From positions 47,058,001-47,122,000 of the forward strand of contig CM060733.1 in assembly GCA_030704615.1 (NCBI GenBank): a DNA stretch of 64,000 bases. The letters run 5' to 3'. Position numbers and translations under genes: made by a program. Source of the DNA: Takakia lepidozioides (Eukaryota; Plantae; Bryophyta). Every line of letters begins with the position of its first letter. The stretch's first letter is position 1. Below, piece by piece: positions 52,401 to 64,000 of this stretch. The notes beneath the pieces are model-generated. The model saw only the letters and a program-made list of their open reading frames with translations. It was not told the origin of the DNA and searched no databases.

Positions 52401-53968
52401 CGTTGTGAACGTAGCACATTGTATCGCCATCCTGTTATGCACTGTCTGCAACTCCGTTGTAGTGCATTCAGTTCTTGCAACTTGCTTTCATGCTTGACAC
52501 CTGCATTTGGTATAGTGTTGCTTATGTGCTTCTTGCAACTGGTCTTGCGCGAGGCCTGCCTCAATAATTGTTGCTTGGCCAATTGCAAAAGCCATTTCTG
52601 TATTTCCCAAGTCCTGCTTCATCTGAGAGTGACCTCTTCATCTACCTTGTTTGCACACTCAGTGGCAAGTCGAGCCTCAAACTCCTTCCTGAGTTCCTCT
52701 TTCAAGGCTGTCAAATGGGTAATTGGAACATGGGATTTGACATAAGTCCCCAACAAATTGAGTGTCATGCCTATGGAAACTCATCAGCATTGCCCTGTTG
52801 AGGGTCATCAGTGGTGAGGTTGCTGCTGTTCCTCCTCATCTTCACACCAGTGTGATGTCTCACTAACCATTCAGGCCATTGTTCCCACCGGATTTTCTTC
52901 ATGAACTACTTTCATCTATCACCGGTGCTACAGTGTCATGACCTTCGCCTGGGGTACCTCGGCACAGGTTGTGTGTATTATATGCACCTCAGGATTTCCC
53001 TTGGGCAACTGTTGGCACCTCTGGGATTTCTGTCTCCTTGACCAGACCAGAATCTTCATAGAGAAGGTCCCCCTTCTCTATTTCTGCCACTATCTGGTCT
53101 GTAGGTGGGAATATCTAACCCTTCACTTTCCAATCAATTATTTCTGGTTGAGCTGCATGGATAACTTGTGACCTTGTGACAAGTCGTTCAGGTGGTTCTG
53201 TGATGGTTGTGATGCAGAAGTAACTTACCCTCCCCTCTCTGAAGGTCCTGCTTCCAGTAATAACCTTTCTTTGTGCTGCTGTGCCCTTCCTGGCCATGGG
53301 CTTGGGAAACATATCATGCGGAATCCGTGAAGCCAGTGGATTCGCCACTACAGTCTTTCCCAGTCTCTGCCTCTTAATCTCAGGTTGCCCTGCTAGTACA
53401 CCCTCACTGTGTGAAGAGCCTTGCTCTTCCATTTGCAGTTGTTTCTGGCTCAAACACTCCCATTTCCTTTCTTTCTTGGCATTAAGTATGCCAGAATCAA
53501 GGATTATTTGAGCAAATGATTGGGCCAGACACTATTATAGGAGACTTTGCGGTAGTACCTTTGTAATCTTTTCATTCCTCTACCAGTGCGTTATACATCA
53601 TGTCCGCCCATTGTACTCTCGTCCCTTCAGGCCTTTGAGTATTTCCTCCGTGAGGATCTGCTCAAATACTGTTGGTTCTGTTTCATGGCAATCAGAACGT
53701 TCAATACCTGGCCTACCTCTTTTAACCCTGGGTACACAGCTTGGTACAAGCATAACCCTGAGTTTTAAAGAAACTCCCTTCTTGGAATAAGTCCTCTATT
53801 TGCAGTCTTGCCCTGTGTGCTCCACATGCACCTGACCTGCTGGTAATCGAAACAATTGCTGGAGGTATAGGGGAGTAATCATCAATTCAACTCCCTTCAC
53901 CGTTGTTGTTCCTGTCCTTGGTTCAAAAGTTCTGCAAAAATTGTAACAGTACTGTCTAGGGGTAGTGT
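49426..53968 (-). mobile_element. Ty3/gypsy element 3' part: extra ORF, PPT (50505-50521) and 3' LTR (49426-50504)
   Basis: Reverse complement of ~58695-63051; LTR bounded TG...CA; truncated at 53968 by the CATGAGC element. Confidence 0.88.
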
Positions 53969-53969
53969 A

Positions 53970-55021
53970 GAGGTTTGCTATTTCATGAGCAGGAGCGGCA
54001 TGAGCGGCATGAGCGGCATGAGCAAGTAGTAGTAACACATCGGTTTTCATGAGCAGAAGTAGTAAAATTCGAAAATAAAAACAATTATAAAAAACAATAA
54101 TTTAATGCAATGTGTCAGGAAAAACAAAATATATTAATCGGCCCTTGAAGGGAAAATTGCATTTTTGACAGTTGTGCTCATGATTATTTCGTCTTCCGCT
54201 CATGCCCAATTCCCCAGCGACATGTGCAAATATGGCGCCGAAATTCGCGGTAATAGGGTCCGTAACCTGAAAAACGGCGACGTATTTCGCGGTAATAGGT
54301 TTCTTTTCTCTGGCGAAAAATGGGAACGACTTCCGCGGCTATAGGTCCCCTCATGACAGTAATTCAGCGCCATTTTTCCAGTGCATTTCGGACTTGCCAG
54401 TTCGGACTTAGCATGTTCAGACGTGCAAACTCACCTCCCGCATATAGTCGCCGAACTGGAGGAAACGATAATGCCACCATGCTAGCCAACTGACCTTGCT
54501 CCCTCGTCTGATTCCTTACAACACCTGACGATGTCCACCAAGCCCGTATGCATGCAAACTGTGTCTCTGCATCATCCAGGTAGGGGAGCGCGCTCTCCAC
54601 GCAAGGACACAGGGGGAACGGTGCTCCTCTCTGAAATCCTGCGCCAACGAGCCTGGTTTGTGTACTCTGGCAAGGCTTTGCAGAAAATGGAACCCACAAG
54701 ATCTCTCCTTGCCTTCCATGGGAACATTGGGGTCTTGCCCGTACACCCTTCGGATGGCAGCCACCAATTTGCTTGTGCGTTGTCTGCCATGAAACCACGG
54801 AAATTCGGAGGGGCAATCCCGCCTTGCCATCTTTTCGTTTATTCCCTGCCAAAGAAGCATCTCTATTGTGTGTCCTCTCCTTTCATCTCACAAATAGCAA
54901 TTGTCATTAGCATCCTGGAGTGGGTGTCGTAGACATGTGCACCCATTGTCACCCCTGGTGATTGTAATTCACTTGATATGGTCGAAATGACCAACCTGTT
55001 TGACAAGTTCCTACTCTCATC
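53970..55021 (-). mobile_element. CATGAGC-terminus DNA transposon with MULE catalytic-domain remnant (54364-55021)
   Basis: TMGAHVYD...LMTIAICEMKGED, F.GFMADNAQANW.AIRRVYG.DPNVPM..KERSC.FHFLQSL (MULE D...CxxH), and CIRAWWTSSG; the terminus matches 2182. Confidence 0.75.
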
Positions 55022-55521
55022 NNNNNNNNNNNNNNNNNNNNNNNNNNNNNNNNNNNNNNNNNNNNNNNNNNNNNNNNNNNNNNNNNNNNNNNNNNNNNNN
55101 NNNNNNNNNNNNNNNNNNNNNNNNNNNNNNNNNNNNNNNNNNNNNNNNNNNNNNNNNNNNNNNNNNNNNNNNNNNNNNNNNNNNNNNNNNNNNNNNNNNN
55201 NNNNNNNNNNNNNNNNNNNNNNNNNNNNNNNNNNNNNNNNNNNNNNNNNNNNNNNNNNNNNNNNNNNNNNNNNNNNNNNNNNNNNNNNNNNNNNNNNNNN
55301 NNNNNNNNNNNNNNNNNNNNNNNNNNNNNNNNNNNNNNNNNNNNNNNNNNNNNNNNNNNNNNNNNNNNNNNNNNNNNNNNNNNNNNNNNNNNNNNNNNNN
55401 NNNNNNNNNNNNNNNNNNNNNNNNNNNNNNNNNNNNNNNNNNNNNNNNNNNNNNNNNNNNNNNNNNNNNNNNNNNNNNNNNNNNNNNNNNNNNNNNNNNN
55501 NNNNNNNNNNNNNNNNNNNNN
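55022..55521. other. Assembly gap (500 N)
   Basis: N run. Confidence 1.
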
Positions 55522-57480
55522 AAGCAGTATTAGAACACTGTGGCAGGCCATGAGTGTACTCATTCATGGATGGCTTCAGTGGTTATAATCAGTGCAAGTG
55601 GCAGAAAAGGACCAAGGAAAACAGCTTTCATCACAGACTGGGGGGCTTATGGCATACAAAGTCATGCCCTTTGGCCTTTGTATGCACCAGCGACCTTCAG
55701 AGAGTGATAAGTGAATCTTTTCATGAGATCTGGATGATTTCATGCAGGTTTTTTGGATGATTTCAGTGTGTAAACAGCTCTAAGAAGGAGCACTTGCATA
55801 ATTGGAGTTATGCCTGGCCAGATGCGATGATAGGTCTGGGATTTAATCCAGAGAAGTGTACTTCTGTGTGAACTCAGGGTGCTCTTGGACCATTGTGTGT
55901 AAGAAGGGACTTCTTTGTGGATCCCAGGAAGACAGAGTCCATTAAAGTCTCTCCACCACCAGTGAATGTTAAGAGTTTCAAGGAGATTCCTTGGGCAAAC
56001 CAGTTTATTACAGAAGATTTGTCAAAAGGTATGCACAATACAGCACCATTGAGAATCTTCTAAGAAAGAAAGTGCAGTGTTTGCCTGGACGCTGAATGTC
56101 AACAGGCGTTTGAGGAACTTACACTATCATTTGTCACGACTAACAACAGGAGAGGCCGCCACAGGAGTGGACGATCAGTTACCTGATGCGAGTTTATTTG
56201 TAATGGAGGTGCAAGGAAGTGCAGATGAATGGTTAGATTGGCAGTGGCCAATCAGATACTACCTTGCTCATGGTCAGTGCCCACCTAGTTATGGTAAGGA
56301 GCAGAGGAAGAGAATTGCTATCAGAGCTTTACCTTATACTATGGTAGGAAGCAGAACGTATAAGTTAGGACCTGATGGAGTACTAAACGATGCTTGTACC
56401 ACCATGAAGTAAATAAGTCTTGGAGGAAGTTCATAAAGGAGTGGCTGGAGGTCATTTTGGAGAAGAGACTACCAGTAGAAAGATACTACTCGCAGGATAC
56501 TGGTGGCCTACTTTGTTCAAAGATGTACATGAGTATTGTCAGAAGTGTGATGAATGTCAGAGGCTAGGACCTTGCAGAGATCTGGAAGAATGGCCTTGCA
56601 TCCTACAATGCCTACGGAACCATTTCAGAAATGGGGACTAGACTTTGTTGGACCAATTAATCCACCATCAAGAATACACGAACAGGTACATAATTACAGC
56701 CACTGATTATACTACAAAGTGGGTGGAAGCTAAGCTTTGAGGGACAACACAGCCAAGTCCACACAAGGTTCCTGTACGAGAACATACTTACACGATTTGG
56801 GGATGTCCTTAAATTTATCAGTGATCAAGGAAGTCACTTCATGAATGAGACCATTGAGTTGTTGACTAAAGAGTTTATGATTGTGCATAGAAAGAGTACA
56901 ACATATTACCCACAGGGTAATGGGCAGGCAGAGGCTACCAACAAAATACTATGTACTATCTTGGCTAAGATAGTCAATGCAAACAGAACGGATTGGGATA
57001 CAAAGCTGCTGACAGCTTTGTGGTCATACAGGACTTCATATAAAGTCACAACTAAGTATACACCATTCCAATTAGTTTATGGTATGGAAGCCTTACTTCC
57101 AGTGGAATTCCTGTTACTACCATGAGAACAGGGAGTGGGGAAAAGAATGGAATTGCAAGACTCCATCAAGGTCAGGAAACATGAATTATACCATGTGGAA
57201 GAAGTACGTGCTGATGCAGCTGATAATATGACCAGAATTCCAGATGAAGCGAAAAGAACAGTTTGATGAAGGCAAGTAAAAGACTTTTAAGACGGGGGAT
57301 TTGGTTCTATGGTTGCAGAAGAAAGGAAAGATTCAAGCTTCTAAGCTCAAATCACCGTGGAAAGGACCTTATGTCATACAAAAGATGTATGATAACAACA
57401 CCGCCATGTACAAACCATTAACAAAGAAATGCTGGAAGAGTGAATGCAAATAAGTTGAAGGGGTACAGTGGTATCCATGA
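55522..57480 (+). pseudogene. pol: pol: RT and integrase, RNase H largely deleted
   Basis: YSFMDGFSGYNQ, MPFGL, FLDDF, H..GGHFG..KIL.AGYWWPTL..C..CQR, TDY.TKWVEA, SDQGSHF, YYPQGNGQAE, WKGPY. QQAFEEL joins directly to HLSRL near 56120. Confidence 0.92.
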
Positions 57481-57589
57481 CAAACCCCTGCAGCATGATT
57501 TGCATGTTGAACCACAAGAGCAGTCACGGCTGCACCAGTGTTACGAACGGAGTATGGACACTAGTTGCTAGGCCCAGCATATACGACCA

Positions 57590-57870
57590 GGGTGGGCAAA
57601 AAAACGTAACACAGCCATATCACAGCCCGCCAAGGCGCACACAGCTTATCACAGCCCATCACGACGTGACACAGCCAACCACAGCCCTCACGACGTGACA
57701 CAGGACACACCTATCACAAGCCAATCACGACGCAACACAGCCTATACACAAACACAGCGTGTCACAAACCCAACAACACGCCTATCACAGCAGCTTACCA
57801 CAGTGCATCACACCTATCACAGGGTAACACAGTATGACACAGCCCTGTCACAGCTCAACACAGGCCTACT
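57590..57870 (+). repeat. CACAGCC-like motif array between pol and the extra ORF
   Basis: Repeated acacagcc/tcacagcc; the same motif is arrayed in the LTRs (62245-62440, 50040-50380, 46060-46260). Confidence 0.75.
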
Positions 57871-58335
57871 AAAATTACACGACCATAGAATCAGTGACAA
57901 GTGGACACATAAAAACTTCAGGAAAATGGATGACGGAAGAGGAAATGGAAATTACTTTAAAATAGACACGTGGAGGTCAGGATGCGACACACACAGCAGA
58001 ATGAAGTGCCGGACAGGTGTCAAAAGAAAGAGGAAAAGAACGGCCGTCAAATGGGATGAAAGGCGGGGCCCATTAATGAATACGGAAAAAGAGAAAACAA
58101 ACGAACGGCAAGTACAGAAAAGCTGAATTCATGTCGCATGTGTGATCTAGTGGACTATCCAACAGGAAAGTCCACTAAAGAAGATAAAAGTTAAAATCCA
58201 GTCACAGCAAATACAGCCAATAGAAAACCAGAGAAATGATCAAGAAAATGGAAGAAAATTGAACGCAAGAGGCGGCATCGTTCTGAGTAACGGCGTCTCG
58301 ACAGGACAGACCATAAATGCTATAACTTGGAAACT

Positions 58336-61300
58336 ATGGAGGAACTAACCAACTATACGCTCGCAATATTACTTACGCAATGGCATAGACACGAAACGAC
58401 AGAGCTGAGCTTTTCTCTTGAACAATGCTTGCAAGCCCCGCAGGCTTACAAGAGATTACCCATAGCTTTCTGCGGCAACCATACGTTTCTGCTTTGTGCA
58501 CTACAGGCATTTCTGCAGTTGTTACAGCCAAAGTAGTTCGTGAGTCTAAGATGAAGAGAGTGAGAGGAATGGAGGAAATCAGGTGAAGAGCACCACAATT
58601 CTGCAGAAACAAACGATGGCTACCCCACAGACGATAAAGATACTGGAGGAGCTGAGATTGGAAGGATTGCAAAGTCTATATTGGACACTACACCATAGAC
58701 AGTACATGTTACAATTTTGCAGAACTTTGAGCCAAGGACAGGAACAACAACGTGAAGGGAGTTGAATTAATGCTTACTCCCCTATACCTCCAGCAATTGT
58801 TTCAATTGCCAACAGGTCGGTGTATGTGGGGGAACACAGGGCAAGACTGCAAAGGGGACTTATTCCAAGAGGGAGTTTCTTTAAAACTCAGGGTTATGCT
58901 TGTACCAAAGCTGTGTTACCCAGGGTTAAAAGAGATAGGCCAGGTATTGAACGTTCTATTTGCCCTGAAACAGAACCAACAATATTTGAGCAGATCCTTC
59001 ACAGAGGAAATACTCAAAGGCCTGAAGGGACAAGAGAAACAATGGGCGGACATTATGTACAACGCACTAGTAGAGGAGATGAAAAGATTACAAGGTACTA
59101 CCGCAAAGTCTCCTATCATAGTGTCTGGCCCAATCATTGCTCAAATAATCCTAATTCTGGCATACTTAATGCACAAGAAAGGAAGGAAATGGGAGTGTTT
59201 TGAGCCAGAAACAACTGCAATGGAAGAGCAAGGCTCTTCACACAGTGAGGGTGGACTAGCAGCACAACCCGAGACTAAGAGGCAGAGAAGGGGAAAGACT
59301 GTAGTGGCGGATCCACTGGCTTCACGGATTCCGCATGATATGTTTCCCAAGCTCATGACCAGGAAGGGGCACAACAGCACAAAAGAATGTTATTACTGGA
59401 AGCAGGACCTTCAGAGAGGGAGGAGGAAGTTACTTCTGCATCACAGCCAACACAGCCACTTGAACGACTTGTCACAAGGTCACAAGTTATCCATGCAGCT
59501 CACCCAAAATAATTGATTTGGAAAGTGAAGGGATAGAGATTCCAACTACAAGCAGATAGTGGCAGAAATAGAGAAAGGGGACCTTCTCTATGAATATTCT
59601 GGTCTGATCAAGGAGACAGAAATCCCAGAGGTGCAACAGTTGCCCAAGGGAAATCCTGAGGTGCATATAATGCACACACCTGTGTTGGAGGTACCACAGG
59701 CGGAAGGTCATGACACTGTACACCAGTCATAGATGAAGTAGTTCAGGAAGAAATCCGGTGGGACAATGGCCTGAATGGTTAGTGAGACATCATACTGTTG
59801 AAGATCGGGAGGAACAGCAGCAACCTCACCGATGACCCTCAACAGGCAATGCTGATGAGTTCCATAGGCAGGAGGACACTTAATTTGTTGGGGACTTATG
59901 TCAAATCCCATGTTCCAATTACCCAATTGACAGCCTTGAAAGAAGAACTCAGGAAGAGTTTGAGGCTCGACTTGCCACTGAGTGTGCAAACCAGGTCGAT
60001 GAAGAGGTCACTCTCAAGATGAAGCAGGACTTGGGCAATACAGAAATGGCTTTGCAGTTGGCCAAGCAACAACTGATTGAGGCCAACCTCACGCAAGACC
60101 ATTGCACGAAGCACATAAGCAACAGCTATACCAAATGCAGGTGCAGCATGAAATCAAGCAAGTTGCAGAACTGAATGCACTAACATACGGAGTTGCAGAA
60201 GTGCATAACAGGATGGCGTTACAATGTGCTACATTAACAACTATGCTTGACCAATCAACAAAAGAAATAAACAGTCAAGCGGAAAAATGTACGAAGCCAG
60301 AAGAAGAGAATGTTGAGCCAATGAAGCTCATTGTCGATATGAAGAATACAATATGTCGCCATGAAGATACTTTCAAGCAATACACAGGCAGAGGGAAGCG
60401 ATCAAGAGAAACACATCGTGGAGTTGCAACAAACCATCGTGGCCAATAGAAATGAAATCGCGGTCAGTAACAAGCTTCGAAGGAAGCCAATAATCTACTT
60501 ACTTGCTGCCTATGCGCAATTGGTTGAGCCCAGGCGAAGCGCATGGAGGCTTTACAACAGCAGTTGGAATTGTACAAGCTAAGAGAAGAGCAAACTCTCA
60601 GGGGAACCACATGCAGCTTGGTGGATAACAGCCTTATGCAGGTCTGGTTAGCACAAGGGCCAGTAGAGGGCAAAAGCCCACGGAAGCTCACCCAAAGCAA
60701 AATGAATGAGCTCAGACTGCAGGTGCAAACATTGCCACAACTACTATAGACAATGTCTATAGTAGGATAGCAGAGTTACAAGAGGATGTAGACGGACTCC
60801 AGACTCAAGTGGAAGACCTCACTTCAAACATCGACCAAAGAGTCTATATCCCTCAGAACAGCTAATGGCTTCTTATTTGCAAGCCAGAACTCTGGCTTTT
60901 CAGTCTTCACAGGAGGTGCAGGAGATGCCAATGATAGAGGAGCCAGTACCACCACCACCACAACAGGTCACTGTACCAATAGCTGAACCTGTGGTTACTA
61001 CAACCACACCACAGCCGAGGTATGGGGCAATGCCGCTTTTTAACCCACCTAAAACTCCAGCTGCAAGGGAGTACAGCAGGGCTATGCTTATGCCCTTCAA
61101 CCAAATTCCCATCATGTTGGATTTGGCTTGGAAAGAATTTAGTCCTCCGCAGTCATTCGCACATTACTACCAAATCATGCGTATTTGGCTGCCAGTGGCA
61201 ACTAGGACTAAAGTTCTTCCAAACAATCGACATATTGAAGATCATCACTTTGCACATACTGGCACGAGGCAGGTACCCATGTTGAGGGAATTGGTTGCTT

Positions 61301-62089
61301 TTCCAGGTTGTACATGGACTCATTTATACCAAGACCAAGGAGATAGCAAGTATTTGTCATGGGGTGCGGGCTATACTACGCTGCTTGTTTTCTGGTACGT
61401 TACCACATTGAGCAACAAAGATGCAAACACGCTTTCAAAGTTACTCCAGTGGAGATCATTGGTATTACCTTCGGTGCACCTCATATGTACCTATATGACC
61501 CAAAAGTTATGATGCAGAAGGATTCTCAAATTCGTTGATGGTTTCAAGCAGCCTGCACCAATTGTCAACACAGAAATTCGGACTTGATGACATTTTCTAT
61601 AAGGGACATGTGGCATGGAAGTACTTGCACGCTGCACCAGTAATTGGTACCCCACTCATCTGGACAGACAAGGAACTCAGTGCCTACACAATTTTGCTGT
61701 TCAGAGGTTACAACAACAAGTTGTAAAATACAAACTTCCAGACATGGTAGGACAGCATTGTATGCCCCAGATGATTCCACAAAAAGTTCGAAATTAAAAC
61801 ACCTGAGAGGCGATGAGGATTCTGATACAACTGTTTCTTCACACAATCTTTTGACATGGGAGAAGACTATGCAATTCAGATGGAAGAGAAGAAACAAAGG
61901 GGATCTCCTATGCCGGAAAATTACCTCGATATCAGCCTCCAGAAGGCCTCACTTATCCAGGTAGTGATCAACCATCTCCATCAACCAGAGACAGACCTCG
62001 GGCTCGTACACACAGCCCACCACGAAACTCTCAACGTCAACAAGGTGCTCACTCACAAAGGTTTGCTACTCGGAAACAGTAAACCGTGA
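58336..62089 (+). pseudogene. Retrotransposon extra ORF: plant-transposon-domain-like N-terminus, long coiled coil, Pro-rich linker, globular C-terminus
   Basis: FCRTFEPRTGTTTVKGVELM.TP.YLQQLF.LP and WADIMYNALVEEM...GPIIAQII resemble env-like/extra ORFs of Athila/Tat-type elements. Gln/Glu-rich heptads at 59950-60800. Conserved in the inverted copy; many indels. Confidence 0.65.
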
Positions 62090-62120
62090 GGACACGGCTT
62101 TTTGAGGGGGGAAGGGGTAA

Positions 62121-63051
62121 TGTTAGAGGACTGTAGGGGACTTAGACACTTATACGGGATCTGTAGGGTACCCTTAATTTTTGCACAGACTGAGACCAAC
62201 AGGAGCCTTAGGGGTGACAGCAGCGCACTGTAGAGGGGGGTTACATAGCCCACACAGCCGACACAGCAGTCACAGGCCACACAGCCAACACAGCCCGTCA
62301 CAGTCGTCACAGCCCACACAGCCCGTCACAGTCGTCACAGCAGACACAGCCCACACAGCCCACACAGCCAGTCACAGCCCGGCACAGCCACACAGCCAGT
62401 CACAGCCAAACACAGCCAGTCACCGCTTGACACAGCTGTCACGATAATAGGGAACGAAGAGTAGGACAGGGAACGACTGTGGGGAACAACACCTGTGAAG
62501 GGAACATGTTAGTTCACATACGACGGTTAGAGAGGGAAACGGTTAGAACCGCGGATAGGAGGATAAAGGGAGAAACGGGGAATGAAGGAGGATCATTATT
62601 CGGAGGGGGACTTCGGAGTCAGGCAGGAGATGGAGAGCACGATGAAGGAGGAAAGAGGATTAGTAGATGCTTGTTATATGCAAAGCGGTAGTGATATTGT
62701 AGAGCAGATTAGAGACATAATGGCTTCGGCCTGATACCTGATAAATCATAATCTGATACTTATACGATACAATCACACTGTGTAGAGAGATCTGAGAGAA
62801 GCTGTGGATTGAATGGATGAGTGAAGGAAACCGATAGATTGATGAAGCAACTGATACTTAATTATCAATGCCAAAGGTAGCTAAGATGAATGCGAAAAGG
62901 GAAACGCATAGGAAACACCCCCATGATACACTAGCTGTAGGTCATGACTGATTGTTCTGCGCGGGCTGAGTACTTAGAGATTTCCAACTCTTCTATCTTG
63001 GAGTTTCCGCCTCGGATAGCGAAGGGATGGGTGAGTAAAAGCCGCGCGACA
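62121..63051 (+). repeat. 3' LTR (~930 bp)
   Basis: Follows the PPT; TG...CA; both boundaries coincide with the inverted copy 49426-50504. Confidence 0.9.
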
Positions 63052-63434
63052 GTTCATGCAAGCTGTAGAATTATACTGTAGGGCAGATTAGAGTCACCAT
63101 GGCATTGGCCTGATACCTGATTAATCGTAATCTGATACTTATTCGATACAATCGCACTGTGTAGAGAGACATGAGTGAAGCTGTGGAATGAATGCATGAT
63201 TAACTGGAACTTAGTAGATACTGAAGCAATCTGATGCTTCAGTATACACGGTAAGGTAAATTGATAACATGAAGGCAAGAAGGAATACAAATAGGAAGCA
63301 CAACCATGATTCACTAGCTGCACGTCATGACTGATTGTTTTGAGCGGGCTGAGTGCTTAGAGATATCCAACTCTTCTATCTTGGAGTTTCCACCTCGGAT
63401 AGCGAAGGGATGGATGAGTAAAAGCCGCTCGACA
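63052..63434 (+). mobile_element. 3' half of a second, more diverged LTR of the same family
   Basis: Repeats ~62690-63051 with substitutions; ends AAAAGCCGCTCGACA. Confidence 0.82.
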
Positions 63435-63511
63435 ATGTGGTGTCGTGGAGTGCGATGGTTGCAGGATATGCACAGCAAGGGCGCGGGATGGAGGCTTTGG
63501 AGTCCTATGAG
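63434..63511 (+). pseudogene. Isolated PPR motif (PLS-class-like) fragment
   Basis: NVVSWSAMVAGYAQQGRGMEALESYE. Confidence 0.75.
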
Positions 63512-64000
63512 CACCTTCTTCAACACATTTCAACCTGTTTTCCCTATTATCAGAGTCGTCCCTAGATTTTCAGGTTGAATTCTGCAAGTTAGTTTGTTGG
63601 TGCAAAAAGGTGAATGCTTATTGGAAGCGCAAGTCAGCATAGGAACTTGTGTGATAAGTAGGGTTAGGGTGTTTGCTGGAACACATCTAGGCTGTCATTG
63701 TGAGCTGCTAGCAGCAAGGCAAGGATGTGTGCATAATTTGTGCAGAGGCAGAGATAGCTGAAGGAGCAGGGATAGAGAGTGGGTCCAGATTCATCCAAGA
63801 GGGCCAGATTTCAAGCACAATATTACTTATGATTCCATGTGGATCAATAGCTACAAGAAATCTGCATGGATAGATGGTCAACTGGATGCCACAGCAGCAG
63901 CGGCACAACTAATATTTTAATCAAGGCACCTTCTTCAACACATTTCACCCTATTTTTCCCTCTTATCAGAATCGGCCCTAAATTTCCATGTTGAATTCCG
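63512..64000. repeat. Direct repeat of ~70 bp at ~416 bp spacing, running off the window
   Basis: CACCTTCTTCAACACATTT...TTATCAGA.TCG.CCCTA.ATTT.CA.GTTGAATTC at ~63512 and ~63928. Confidence 0.65.

Larger units (their letters stand above)
55522..63051 (+). mobile_element. Ty3/gypsy (non-chromovirus-like) LTR retrotransposon with an extra 3' ORF; 5' part lost in gap
   Basis: RT-INT order, PPT GAGGGGGGAAGGGGTAA (62104-62120), LTR TGTTAG...GCGACA. Confidence 0.9.

Noticed and set aside
63435-63455. tRNA primer-binding site (TGGTGTCG...) after the LTR
   Set aside because: No internal retroelement sequence follows, and the bases translate as a convincing PPR motif.

Overview
Intron-containing land-plant nuclear DNA; a non-seed plant such as a bryophyte is my inference. 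Three fixed 500-N scaffold gaps (3787-4286, 23835-24334, 55022-55521) mean continuity across them is unproven. Host genes: an intronless secreted GNA/bulb-type mannose-binding lectin (-), the 3' five exons of an amidase-signature gene (+), a complete 9-exon EDRF1-like gene (+), a decayed BTB/POZ gene and a single PPR motif. The rest is nested transposons. (i) A >12.6 kb Mutator-like element carries a MULE/SWIM transposase and a convergent multi-exon accessory gene ending in a Ulp1-type protease; every non-coding part, and one exon, is saturated with a GGGTTACA motif. (ii) A second group of MULE-domain/SWIM elements has xAGGxxTGC...CRTGAGC termini (five termini visible). (iii) Two inverted copies of a Ty3/gypsy element carry a ~3.7 kb extra ORF between pol and the 3' LTR, plus further LTR fragments. 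(iv) Helitron-like ends, a hAT remnant and palindromic motif arrays. The most notable pattern is that almost every TE family here carries its own short motif amplified in its non-coding DNA, often together with an accessory ORF. This resembles the VANDAL/VANC anti-silencing architecture of Arabidopsis and is offered only as a hypothesis.
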